A stretch of DNA of 64,000 nt from contig CAKKNE010000001.1 of assembly GCA_918797485.1 (NCBI GenBank), forward strand, positions 4,588,001 to 4,652,000, read 5' to 3'. Positions 11,625 to 22,181 of this stretch are shown one piece after another. Source of the stretch: Pelagomonas calceolata (taxonomy: Eukaryota). Positions within the stretch are counted from its first letter, which is position 1. Each line of letters begins with the position of its first letter. A program made the translations under genes and the position numbers. The notes below the pieces were generated by a model. It saw nothing but the letters and a program-made list of their open reading frames with translations, was not told the DNA's origin and did not search any database.

Positions 11625-12384
11625 ATGGCATCGGTCGCCGAGCTCCTCCCTAGAGCCGCGCGCCTGAAGTATGAATTAGAAGTGCAGCTACGAGCGGTCG
11701 AGCAGGGCGCCGGCGACGCGGGCGACTGCGGCATGGGTCTGCGCGAGCTCTTCACGCAGATTAACACGCTGCGCCAGTTGCTCAACGCGGAGCGGCCCGA
11801 GCGGCGCAATCTCTGGAAGGTCAAGATTGACGAATTGGGCCACGAGGCGCAGTTCCTCTCGAACGATTTGAGGAGGGTCACGAACTTCCACCAGCACCAA
11901 CGGGAACGGGACTCGCTCTTCCGGCGGCGGGCCGGGGCGGCGCCGTCGTCGGCCCACGACGATTTGTTAGAGGCCGAGGACAGCTACGCGCGGTCGGGGA
12001 ACCAGGTCGACCGCGGCGTCCCGTGACGTTCCGCTCATGGAGGTGGTGAATTGGACCGCGCGTCGCCGCGATGGCGTGGAGGTGGTGGAAAAGGCACCGG
12101 CACGCCATCGCCGCGACGACGCACCGCCGCGTCCTCACGAGCGTGCCACGCAGGTCGACGAGCTCATGGAGACCGGCCGCGCGTCGCTCGATTCATTGCG
12201 GGCGCAGCGCGAGCGGCTCAAGAACACGCACCGGAATGCGTTAGATATGATCAACAAGCTCGGGCTCTCGGACACGGTCATGAAGCTGATCAACTCGCGG
12301 AACCGGCAGGACCGCAAGATCGTGGTCGGCGGCTTCGTGTTCTTGTTCGTGCTGTTCTACCTGTGCATGCGGTGGCGCGGGTAA
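11625..12384 (+). CDS. Golgi Qb-SNARE of the membrin/GOSR2/Bos1 family (2 exons; intron 12006-12153)
   Basis: Two ORFs join in frame across a GT...CAG intron (SGNQ|VDELMETG). SNARE helix LRAQRERLKNTHRNALDMINKLGLSDTVMKLI, then RQDRKI and a C-terminal TM segment. Confidence 0.85.
12006..12153 (+). mobile_element. 148-nt intron, probably a diverged introner-related element
   Basis: GTCGAC is repeated at the donor and directly after the acceptor. The end CCACGCAG resembles the introner end CCACACAG. It contains the introner core GATGGCGTGGAGG and its complement CACGCCATCG. Confidence 0.55.
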
Positions 12385-13098
12385 GTACGTGTGTGTTGTA
12401 GTCGCGGTGCGCGCGCGCGCCCCGGCCCGACGGCGCGGAGGCCGGCGCCACCGCTCCCGGGCGCCAGGTCCTCTCCGCGGGCATCGTCTCCGCGGGGCCG
12501 TGCGAGCCCTGAATTCAAGCAGGTGCGGGTCCTTCAGTCTAGGGGCGGATCCCGACGCACGGCCTCGTGGCGCGGAACGGGGAGGCCCTCTAAGAGTATG
12601 TCCTAGACTCGTAAAATGGAGATTAGCGCGAGGAGAGCCTACGCGCGGCTTCTTCGGCGGCGGCGCGCTTCTTCGGGCGTTGCGTCTCCTCGGTGGCGGC
12701 GCGGCCGCGTTTCTGGCGCGCGCGCGGCTTTGCCGGCGCGGCCTTCTTGATGCGTTTGGGAACGGTGCGCAGGACCTTAATTAGCGCTGAGATTTTTTGG
12801 AGAGAGCAGAATCGATAATCTATGTGATTGTGGTTAGCGAGAGCGAGGGAAAAAGCGTGCGGGTTCCCTGGCTTGGCGCTCCCCCACAGGCGCGGGAGGG
12901 AACGGCGTGGTGCATCTGTCCCTGCAACGCCACGATCGTGCTCGACGGCGGCGGGGGCGGCGGCGGCGTTGGCGGCCCGGCGGCGCCCGACGAGTGGGAG
13001 CCCGAGGAGGAGTGGCTCCGCAACTACATGCGCAACGTGAAGATGCACCGCGGCTGATTCTTCTGGGACATAGGACTACGAGATAGGACTACTAGTCT

Positions 13099-13145
13099 GG
13101 GAGTTTTAAAATCAAAAGCAGCGCATGCTCCGTCACGCAACTCCC
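13099..13145 (-). promoter_or_regulatory. Candidate SECIS element (compact, non-canonical)
   Basis: Minus strand reads GGGAGTT-GC-GTGAC-GGAGCA-TGCGC-TGCTTT-TGAT-TTTAA-AACTCCC: a 7-bp helix I, a GUGA/GA core and a short helix II, immediately 3' of the stop of a gene with an in-frame catalytic TGA. Lacks the apical AAR motif. Confidence 0.5.
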
Positions 13146-13149
13146 GTAT

Positions 13150-14802
13150 CTAGAGGCGCCCCCTCGCGCCGGGACTCAGGTAGGAGACGTAGTATCGCTT
13201 CGCCGCGTCGAGCATCTCGCCCTCGGGGCAGATCGACTCCTGGCACGACGCTCGGTCGCGGATGGCACGCGTCCACGCGGCCAATGAGTCGAAGGCGCGA
13301 AGAATGTCACCTTCGAAGTCGATGCCGCGGAAGTATGGCCTGCGTGGAAGGTGATGTGAACGGCGTCGACGCGAGCTGCCCGACACCGCACCCGACAGCG
13401 TGACGAAGAAGCGCTGGACCCACGGCGCGGCGACGCATTCCGCGAAGCTAAAATCGTCGCCGAGCAGGAACGGCGCTCTATCGAGCAGCTCGTCGACCGC
13501 CGCGAGCCGGTCGACGAAAAGAGCGCGTCGCTCCTCCGCCTGAGCGTCGCTCGAAGCCCGCAGCAGATCGTAGTACGTCGTCTCGACGTCGGCCCAGCGC
13601 GCCAGGAAGCGTTCTATCCTCTCGAGATCGTCCGGCGTGCGCGGATACAGCTCCGGACCGCCGACGTACTCAGCGATGTACCTCGCCACAACGGTACTTT
13701 CGATGACGAGCTCCTGACCGTGTTCCAACAGCGGGACGAGGGCCGTGCCGGAGCCCACCCGTTTGTACTTTTCAACAAATTCCGCAGGCTTGGCCTTGAG
13801 GTCGATGATCCGGTGGTCGAACTGGATATTCTTTTCTAACAACGCGATCCAGGCCCTTTGCGCGAAGGGTCATACGCCGCTATTCCACAGCGCCACCTTG
13901 CCGCTCGCCTTTTCTTTGATCGCGTCCGTGCCGTCCACGAATCTAGCCTCGACGTTGTATTCCCTCGACTCGTCCAGTGTTTTGATTCCGTTGCTCGTGT
14001 CGAGCAGCACTCTCCGCGTCGTCCGCGTCGAGACGTCGATGTCTAGATCCGAAGCCGCCGCAGCTGCGACGACGGTCGCGACGTCGTCCACGGACGACGG
14101 TGGCGTGAGACTGAGCTTCGTGACTAAATCCTCGCCGCGGTAGCCCACGCTGCCGATCGCTTTATTCGCATCCCTCGCAAAGCGCGCGAAGGGGTTGTCG
14201 ACGGCCTTGATGCGTGCCGAGCCCGGTTCGACGACCTCGTGCGGGCACACCACGACGGCGTCGGCGCCAAAATTCCGCACGGCGGCATCGAGCGCGTCGG
14301 CCTTGCCTTCAAAATACCCCGGGATGCCTCCCGCGAGGCCGTTCTCGGCGTCCGCAGCGACGCCGACGAGGACGTATCGGCCGACGCCGGCCTCCTTGGC
14401 AGCCTTCGCTATGGCTTCGTTCGGCGGGCCGTTCTTCGCGCGGTACTCCTCCTGATCCTGGGGACTGTACGACGCAAATAGAACAGGGATGTCGCCCGTG
14501 CCCGTCGGCGAGGCCTTGGCGCCCGTGAAGCCGCCCACGCAGCTTATGCAGGCGCCGGCGCCGTCCAGCGCGGCGGCGATATTGTCGTTGCCGGCGTCGG
14601 CGGCGACCCAGTCCACCTGGTCCATCCAGGGCTCGGCGTCCGCCGGCCGGCCGGAGCGGCTCACGGACGTGACGGCGACGCCTTTCGCGGCGAGCGTTTT
14701 GCAGACGGCTTTGCCGATGAATCCGCTGCCTCCAATCACGCATGTCTTCAGCGCTGCTGCCGTCGTCAAGACCGCTAGGACCGCGCATCGCAACATCATC
14801 AT
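13150..14802 (-). CDS. Probable selenoprotein: signal peptide + NAD(P)-binding Rossmann (SDR/epimerase-like) domain fused to an omega/DHAR-type glutathione S-transferase with Sec at the active site (~531 aa; intron 13340-13396)
   Basis: GGSGFIG nucleotide-binding motif. The TGA at 13872-13870 is followed in frame by PFAQRAWIALLEK, then the GST motifs VPLLE, ESTVVARYI and PFLLGDDFSFAE. The downstream ORF has no ATG start of its own ahead of the GST motifs. Confidence 0.85.
13340..13396 (-). other. 57-nt stop-free 3n GT-AG intron in the GST domain
   Basis: GTCGGG...CTTCCACGCAG. Removal converts VTL-SGAVSGSSRRRRSHHLPRR-PYFRG into VTLPYFRG. Confidence 0.7.
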
Positions 14803-15107
14803 AGGCGTTCTGTGAGGTGATGCTCTCCCGGAGAGCTTTGGAGGTGATGTGCTCTCCGGAGCTTTGGACCCAACTTGAGACAGAGATACGCGAGCAGGCG
14901 ATCGAAAAGTGAGCTAGGCGACCCCTGGCGAGCGCTGCCGGTGCGACAGCGACCTTACGACGCCATGGCAGCGGACGAGCCTCGATCTGCACGCGCCTTA
15001 GGCTACGGGTTTTACGGGTTTTACGCGCTCAACACCTATGCACAAAGCCCATGTGCATGCGTGCGAGGATTTACAAAACCGCCTTAGGGCGCGCGCCTCA
15101 CAAGGCA

Positions 15108-15848
15108 TCAGTCCAGGATCTCGTCAAGTTCATCGAACGACGGGAAGAACTTGGGCGTCACCTGCTTGTACGCCCGGTAGGCCGGGTGGATGCGCTCGAG
15201 CTCCTTTTCCTCGTATGCCGACTTGGCGTCGAGCAGCAAGTACAGGAGAAACACGACCAGCAGGCGCTGGAAGCTTTCGGTCGCTACGGAAAGACCCCCC
15301 GCCGCAACAAGTAACCCCCCGTAAATCGGATGTCGCACGTACGAAAACGCGCCCGTCGTCTTGAGCTCGTTGCCCTCGACCGGCGCGGCGAATGGCGTCA
15401 AGTTCCCCGCACCCAGATCAAGCACGCCCTTGGCGATGGCGCCGATTCCCGCCACGACCAAGCCCGGGCCCAGCAGCGTCTCGATGGCGCCGCCGACGAC
15501 CGGCACGTCTCCGACCAAGAGCAGGAGGAGCAACGCGGCCTGCCCGGCCACGTACACGATGCTCGGGCCGGACTGCTCGACCTGGACGTTGCTCTTCACG
15601 CTGTCCACGTATTCCTGCGCGGCGTCCCGCACGTTCGACTCCGTGCCGCGGGCAGCCATGCGTTGCGTGAAGTCTTGCAGCATGTTCGTTTCGACCTCGT
15701 CGACGGACTGCTCCGGGGCGTCCAACGGTGCCGGCGCCGGCGGTGCTTCCTCCAAATCCGCCCTGAGGGAGAGCACCGGCTGCTTTATCCTAAGTGCTGG
15801 CGCGAAGGCTGCTGCACCAGCGATGAATAATGCGCTGCGCAGCATCAT
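15108..15848 (-). CDS. Plastid-targeted ICMT/PEMT-family membrane methyltransferase
   Basis: AAAFAP bipartite targeting motif. LKTTGAFSYVRHPIYGG and EEKELERIHPAYRAYKQVTPKFFP are family signatures. Confidence 0.85.
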   Translation of the reverse strand: MMLRSALFIAGAAAFAPALRIKQPVLSLRADLEEAPPAPAPLDAPEQSVDEVETNMLQDFTQRMAARGTESNVRDAAQEYVDSVKSNVQVEQSGPSIVYVAGQAALLLLLLVGDVPVVGGAIETLLGPGLVVAGIGAIAKGVLDLGAGNLTPFAAPVEGNELKTTGAFSYVRHPIYGGLLVAAGGLSVATESFQRLLVVFLLYLLLDAKSAYEEKELERIHPAYRAYKQVTPKFFPSFDELDEILD

Positions 15849-16144
15849 CGTATGGAGGAGCTGTGGAGGAGCTGTGGCCACTACGAGGCCGTGCTGCGGT
15901 TCTGAGAGTCGTTTGACGGCACCGCGTTCGTGCGACGCGAGAAGCTGGCGTCCTAAACACTACGCGAATACCCGCGGCACGAAGTATACAGGCCAAAAAG
16001 CTGCCAGATCCACAAATCCGCACAAATCCGCCGCTAGCGTCATGTAAGACACTAGCTCCGCACAAGCGTGCGCTATCAGCTCCTTCTTCGCGCTTTCGGG
16101 ACTACATAGGCGCGAGATGCAAGTACCACAATAAGACGATTACA

Positions 16145-16678
16145 CTATCGCTCGCCCGCAGCGACGGCGGGCGGGTCCTCGACGTCGTCGTCGCCGCCGC
16201 CGCGCTGGTCGTAGAACCAGCGGTACCGCGACGCCTCGAGGCCGTCGAGGGGGCCCGCCGCCGGTTTCGACGATTGCGCAGAAAGGTAGGGGTCGTGCGC
16301 GCGAACGGTCGCGACGACGGCCGCGAACGAGTGCGGCTCGCTTACCGCGAGGTCCGCGAGGACCTTGCGGTTCAGGTCTATGTCTGCCGTCCGCAGGCCG
16401 CAAATCAGCCGGTTGTAGGCCACGCCGTGCTCTCGGCTCCCCGCGTTGATGGTCCGGATCCAGCTCTTGCGCATCTCGCGTTTTTTCACCTTGCGGTCGC
16501 GAAAGGCGTACTGCCAGGCCTTCTCGACGCGCTGCACCGCAATCCGGAAGCAGTTCGTCCTTCCGCGGTAGCCCTTGGCGAGCTTGACGAACTTCTTGTG
16601 CTTGCGGCTCGCGAAGTCGCGTGCGGGCACCAGCGGCGCGCGGGCCGCCGGCGCGAGGAGGCGGCGCGCGGCGAGCAT
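16145..16678 (-). CDS. MRPL20: Mitochondrial ribosomal protein bL20
   Basis: LAKGYRGR...[27 protein letters not shown]...[10 protein letters not shown], preceded by an Arg/Ala-rich presequence. Confidence 0.93.
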   Translation of the reverse strand: MLAARRLLAPAARAPLVPARDFASRKHKKFVKLAKGYRGRTNCFRIAVQRVEKAWQYAFRDRKVKKREMRKSWIRTINAGSREHGVAYNRLICGLRTADIDLNRKVLADLAVSEPHSFAAVVATVRAHDPYLSAQSSKPAAGPLDGLEASRYRWFYDQRGGGDDDVEDPPAVAAGER

Positions 16679-17138
16679 TGCTGCGACTTCACGCCGTGGC
16701 GGGGTGTGGTCCTTCTTGACGCGCCGCGTCGGCGTCAGCGACGGCAGCCTGAGTGGCTTGAGTGCTGCGGCGCTCGCGCTTGCGGGACCTAGGCTACCGT
16801 GAATTTGCTGTGAGGGCTCGAGAACGTATCGCGGCCCGCAGCGGCGCGTCAGCTCGCGTCAGCTCGCGGTTCAGCCGTGTAATCGAGCTAGCGGACATAA
16901 AGACACACTAGCAAAAGGAAGCCGGCACTCTTTTTTGCGGCCGACAAGGGCATACTGCAGCCACAATCGCCGTGCTGTAGCCGCATTTGTCATTTCACTG
17001 CATCCTCGCAGCCTCTGGCTGCCCTTCGGGCCGCCCCGGCAGCACTGCGGCTAGCACACTCAAATAAGCACTTGGTGAGCGCGCCGCAGCGAGGCGCAGC
17101 GACATCAATCGCAAGCGCTGCACGACGACAAAAAAGCG

Positions 17139-18116
17139 ATGCTCGAGGAGCAGGCCTACGACCGCATCGACGCCGCGGATGACGACGCCGCCGCGGACGC
17201 GCCGCCCGCCGTCGGCCCCGGCGGGCTGCAAAACGTCTCGCAGACGTCGGCCTGGGCGGCCAGCGGCCGGGCGTCCGCGCCGCCGCCGCGCGCGCGGCCC
17301 CGCCGGGCGCCGCGACGGGCGCCGCCGCCGCCGCGCACGCCGCCCAAGATTAGACTGGAAAATAAAGTGCGGCAGTCGCTCCGGCAGGCGACGCACGACC
17401 TGCGGCCCGGGCGCGCGTCGAAGGACGAGCGACGGCGCGTGGCGCTCGCGGTCGTGGCGGTCCACGTGTTTTTGGCGCGGAAGCTCGGCGCCTGTACTCC
17501 TATTGTTGTTGTGGTCGGCGCCACGAGCGCTGTCTTCGCTCTACGACACCACGACGACGACGCAGCTTTGAGAAATGCGAGAAGCTACGCGCGACGATTT
17601 CTCTCCTACGCGTTAACGGCGGCATTAACAGCGCTCCGGAACTCGCGGACGTACTACGCGCAGCTCGAGCGCGTCGTGCCGCCCCAGGTGCTGCGGGGCG
17701 TCGCCGGCGCGTGGGCCTGGCGCGTCGCGCAGTTCCTGTGGTCCGCCGAGGCGTGCGCGACGTCGCTGCGGCACGCGGCCGTCGCCGGCGCGGCGCTCGC
17801 CTGCTACGCGGCGGCGTCGGCGCGGACCGCGCCCTCGCTGGCCGTCGCCGTGGGGATCTTGCACTGCGCGCTGGCCCTGGTCGCGCGCCTCGGCGGCGCC
17901 GACGCCGTCGCCGTGGCCGTCGCGGGCCTCGCGTGGGCGCGGCCGGACGTGGGGCCCGGGCGGCCCGCGCGCGACTTCGGCGTCGCGCGCGTCGCCGCGG
18001 GGCCGGCGCGCGGCGGCGGCCGCGTCGCGGACCGGTCCGAGGTCTACCTCGGCGCGTGCCTCGTCTGGATGTCGGGGCGGGACCTGTCCGTTGAGCGAAG
18101 GCCGCCAGACGATTAA
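17139..18116 (+). CDS. Hypothetical membrane protein
   Basis: 325-aa ORF with several hydrophobic stretches and GC3 bias; no recognised domain. Confidence 0.5.
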   Translation: MLEEQAYDRIDAADDDAAADAPPAVGPGGLQNVSQTSAWAASGRASAPPPRARPRRAPRRAPPPPRTPPKIRLENKVRQSLRQATHDLRPGRASKDERRRVALAVVAVHVFLARKLGACTPIVVVVGATSAVFALRHHDDDAALRNARSYARRFLSYALTAALTALRNSRTYYAQLERVVPPQVLRGVAGAWAWRVAQFLWSAEACATSLRHAAVAGAALACYAAASARTAPSLAVAVGILHCALALVARLGGADAVAVAVAGLAWARPDVGPGRPARDFGVARVAAGPARGGGRVADRSEVYLGACLVWMSGRDLSVERRPPDD

Positions 18117-18153
18117 TTTTGAAAGGGAAGCAACTGGGGGAAACTTTTTTTAC

Positions 18154-19500
18154 TCAGGGCAGCGACTGGTAGTTGTAGGCCGCGGGGTCGGTGTGCGCGC
18201 ACGTGATCGCGCGGCCGCCGAACCAGCGCCCGTGGAGCGCCAACGCGGCCGCGTTCGCTGAGGAAGCGTCTGCAAACAGGACGTGCACCAAGCCGCGCGG
18301 GTCCGACCCGTCCACGTAGACGTGCTTGACGTCGCCCTTGCTCCGGCACTCCTCCGTGACGTCGGCCTTGATGTCGTCGCGCCAGGTGGCGCCGTCCTCC
18401 TTCGCCGGGTCGAACATGTTCGTGATCGTAAACGCAGCAGTAGGCGCGCCGACGCCGCTTTGCGCTGGCGGCGGCGCGAGGCCCGCGCGCTGGCCCAGGG
18501 CGTTCATGAGGTTGGCCCTCCCATCCGCACCTAACGCCACGCCGTCACCACCAGAATTGTCGAACTTCCAGTCTCCAGCTGAGGCCGCGCCCATGACGGT
18601 CGCCCCCGGCTCGTAGAACTGGACGGAGATCGGCGTGCCCGCTCCTAATTCAATGCCCGCGATTTTCGTCGAGGCCTTCATGGCATCCTCGGCCTTCACA
18701 AAAGAGACAACAGCAGAGCCAGGCGCGACGGTAGACATATCAACCGACTCCACATCCCCGAACGGAGCTAATACGGTCCGCAAGTCGCCCTCCGTGATGT
18801 TCGGATGTAAATTACCTACGAGTAACTTCCTTCGCGGCGCCGCGGCCCGTTGATCAATTTCGGCCTGCTGCTCGGCGGCGGCCGCGGATTCTTGTTTGGC
18901 CAGGAAGTTCTTCTCGGCCTCCGACGCCTTCACTAAGATAGGAAAGCGCTGGAAGTCCGGCACGGTGCCGTTCAACATCAAAACCATGGGCACGCTCTCG
19001 AGGTCATTCAACTCAACATATGCATAACCCTTGTGTCTATTGGTATATTTGTCGCGGATCATGATCACATCTCGGACCTTCCCGACCTTCTCGAAGAACT
19101 TGCGGATCTGCTTCTCCGTGGCCTTCATCACTAACTGCGACACGAAGACCGTCCGTTGGTCCTTGGTCAAATCATCAATTTCCGTCTGCTGCCTGATCTT
19201 GTGGATGTCGTCGGCGGTGGCGCCGCGGGGCACCTGGGGCGCCTGCGCCGCCGGTCGCCCGCCGCCGGGCTGGTCCAGGCCGCGCCCGTAGTGGCCCTCG
19301 GAGTAGTCCCCGAGCGCCGGGTTCTTCGACCCGCTCCGCGTCCGGTCGCGGCTGCGGTCGCGGCGGCGCCGGCCGCGGCTCCGGCTCCGCGAGCGGTCGC
19401 GGCGGCGCCGGCCGCGCGACCGGCTCCTACTTCTATAGCCGCGGCGGTCATCTCTTCGGCTCCGGTCCCGGTCGCCGTCGCGGCTCCGCGGCCTATCCAT
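18154..19500 (-). CDS. RBM39: RBM39/CAPER-like splicing factor (RS domain, 2 RRMs, UHM)
   Basis: RS-rich N-terminus; KDQRTVFVSQL, KGYAYVEL, PILVKASEAEKN; ITNMFDP...DIKADVTEEC...LHGRWFGGRAI. Confidence 0.9.
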   Translation of the reverse strand: MDRPRSRDGDRDRSRRDDRRGYRSRSRSRGRRRRDRSRSRSRGRRRRDRSRDRTRSGSKNPALGDYSEGHYGRGLDQPGGGRPAAQAPQVPRGATADDIHKIRQQTEIDDLTKDQRTVFVSQLVMKATEKQIRKFFEKVGKVRDVIMIRDKYTNRHKGYAYVELNDLESVPMVLMLNGTVPDFQRFPILVKASEAEKNFLAKQESAAAAEQQAEIDQRAAAPRRKLLVGNLHPNITEGDLRTVLAPFGDVESVDMSTVAPGSAVVSFVKAEDAMKASTKIAGIELGAGTPISVQFYEPGATVMGAASAGDWKFDNSGGDGVALGADGRANLMNALGQRAGLAPPPAQSGVGAPTAAFTITNMFDPAKEDGATWRDDIKADVTEECRSKGDVKHVYVDGSDPRGLVHVLFADASSANAAALALHGRWFGGRAITCAHTDPAAYNYQSLP

Positions 19501-20216
19501 GGAGCTCAGTCGAGGGGTTGGGGAAGTTTGGTACGCCGGGGGCTCTTCGCACGGCGTTGACGGCCTGCGGTGTTCGCGTCGCCTGTGGGGCTGACCTGCC
19601 GCGCGCGTGTACCTACAGCGGCGACGGCGAAGGCCTACAAAGCAAAGCGCCACGGGAGCGAGCCTGGAGCGAGCCTACAATCAAATAGAGCAACCAGACG
19701 GCGCAGCGCAGCGACCAAGATATATTGAAAAAGGTTCGCGCGAGCAGGCGACACCCGCTTTTGCTGATCGAGCTCTTTAGGAGGAGCTGGCTAGTGTTTT
19801 ACGCCGCTAGCTCAGGTCTCAGCCGTCCTAGCGCCGAGTCTTTGCTCCTCCGTGCGTACATCCTCGCGCCGGCCGCCAGTGCATCGCCCTAACCAAACGA
19901 AAAGCGTGTCGTGCGTCGTTGCTGTGGGCGAAACGCCGACGAGGTGACGCTGTTTGGAGCAGCCTGACGAGCACTAAGGCTGGGGAGTCTAAGACAAAGC
20001 TAAAGATAAATCAATTGCGATCGAGCCCCGGGCCTCCTGAGCTCGCGGGTTTCTACGTCGACAGCCATTTCTAGCACCGTAACATCGACGCTAGGTTCCT
20101 CAGGATTCTTAGGCCTCGCGCCCCTGGCCCATGACTCTTGACGCCGGGTAGTCCCGTCCTGTCCAGAACTGGACATGCAAGTATCTAGCTTGGCTCCGAG
20201 TCATAAGGTCAATAAA

Positions 20217-21814
20217 TTACTCGCCGGCCGCCGCCCGCAGCCGCTCCCAGTGCGCGACGGCCGCGCCGACGAGCGCGTAGGCGTCGTGCGTGCCGTCGGC
20301 GCAGTTGAAACAGAGCGTGGCCTGGCCGCCGACGGTGGACAAAGCAGCTCCGACGGCTACACCGGGCGGCGGCGGCAGGAACGGCACGACGCGCTTCACC
20401 GGCCGGCCGCAGATCGTCAGGGCGACGGGCGGGCCCCGCACATTTGTGAGGGCCACGGCGCACCCGCCCGCCGACGCCCGCAGCGACGCGGGCACCCACG
20501 CCCTCGGGAGGCACCGGCCCGCGAGCCGGGCCGCGTGGTAGGCCACGACGGCCCGGGCGCCGCCGCGCAGCGCGCCGCCCACGCCGTCGCGGACCCGTCT
20601 CAGGTGCGCGGCCTCGTCGCGCCCGGGCAGGGGCAGCCGCGCAACGACCGCGCCGATATGATTGCCCACGTCCACACCGGGCGGCAACGCGCCGCCATAA
20701 AGGTGCACCGGCACGGCGCACGCCACCGCGTCTCTCGAAACGGACGTCCGCAGCGCGGCCGCGACCAGCGCCGCGTAGAGGTCGTTGACGGTCGCGCCGG
20801 GCGCCAGCTTCTTCGCGACGCGCTTGAGCAGCGCGACGTCGGCGAAGTCCGACGCCCACGCGACGGTCCGCGGGCCCCGCCGCCGCGGCGGGGGCCGCGG
20901 CGCCGCGACGACCATCCACAACGACGCCAGCACGGCCCGGAGCAGGCGCAGCGACATGACGAGCGGCCCGAACATCACACGCAGCAGGCGCGCCAGCCGG
21001 CTCCGCCGCCGCCGCCGGGGCCCCTGCCTCAGCAGCGCGTCGATTTCCTCGCGCTGGTCCGACAGATTGCCGAACAGGGCCCCGAACGACGCGCCGTCGG
21101 CGATGCAGTGGTGCGACCGCAGGAGGACGTCCGTGCCCGCGCCGCGCGGCCAGACGAGCGCCTCCCACCAGGGCCGCTTCTCCAGCGTGCCCCTTAAAGG
21201 TAGGTCGAGGACCCTGGCGATCGTCCTTGGTAAATCCATCGTCGGCCGCGCCTCCATGACCTGTGTGGAAATCAACCAGTGCGTCGGGTGCACAAAACTT
21301 CACGAAGTCATTTCTCGGCGATGACGTGGCCGCAAGGTCGAGCGGCGAGGAACCGGCATCGCCACGCCATCGATCAGGCATCGCGTCGATGACGTGGAGG
21401 ACGACTCGATTGTCAACTCTGAACGCGTCGTAAAATTTTGATTTCCACACAGTCCATGACGACGGGCGTCGCCTCCTCCGTCGTCAGATCCTCGACGAAC
21501 TCCAGCCGCTCGGCGTCGACGCGGCTCCGGAGGCGCGGCGACGCCGGCGCGACGCGGTCCGCGAGCGCGCGCTCGAGGTCCCTGGCCGCGAGCGGCGCGC
21601 CGCCCAGCTCGAGCAGCACGGCGGGCACCGACGGCGCGTCCCGCGTCTCCGACAGCAGCGCGAAGCGGCCGATCGGCGTGAGCCGCCGCCGGACCGCGTC
21701 GCAGTCCGTCGGCGGCGCGTCGCAGTCCGTCGGCGGCGGCGCCGCGAGCGACGCCGCGCACGCGCCGGCGGCGTACCTGGCCGCGGCCGTCCAGGGGACG
21801 CGGGCGGCCCACAT
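20217..21814 (-). CDS. Wax ester synthase/diacylglycerol acyltransferase (WS/DGAT) family (2 exons; intron 21261-21460)
   Basis: Catalytic HHCIADG, plus ATVND and TNVRGP motifs. Exons join as EEATPV|VMEARPT once the introner is removed. Confidence 0.85.
21261..21452. mobile_element. Introner element copy 1 (192 bp, non-autonomous TIR transposon)
   Basis: TIR CTGTGTGGAAATC...GATTTCCACACAG. Perfect 8-bp TSD TCCATGAC at 21253-21260 and 21453-21460. Confidence 0.93.
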
Positions 21815-22181
21815 CTTTTCGCTGAGGCGTTGAGGTGGTGTTCTGGCGCCGCGACGGCGGTGTTTCGCTGACGCGTTGAGTGGTGCTCTTCCGCCGCGAC
21901 AGCGGAGATTCCAAAAACCTCTCTCTCACACACAGCAAAAAACTACTGCCCGCGAGGCGACAGCTGTTGATCTTGCTGCGGCAGGATTGTACTGACAGAG
22001 TGGTGCTCTGGTAGAGAGCTGCTGCCGCGCTCACGCGCGCTGGCGGCCGGAGCTCCCGTGCTCTCACAGACTGCCAGAGAGCTGCTGAGGACTGGCGCGT
22101 AATTGGCGTCGAGCATACGCAAGCGCTCGCCGGCGTGTCGCGACCTACGACGGAAAACCAAAATCAGCAACAAAGTGATCG

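Noticed and set aside
12623..13057. Small opposing ORFs between the SNARE and GST genes
   Set aside because: No clear ATG start or recognisable domain; I cannot tell which strand, if either, is coding.
14812..14868. Short tandem duplication GAGGTGATG..CTCTCC.GGAG.CTTTGG upstream of the selenoprotein gene
   Set aside because: Two imperfect copies of a local duplication, common in these intergenic regions; no evidence of function.
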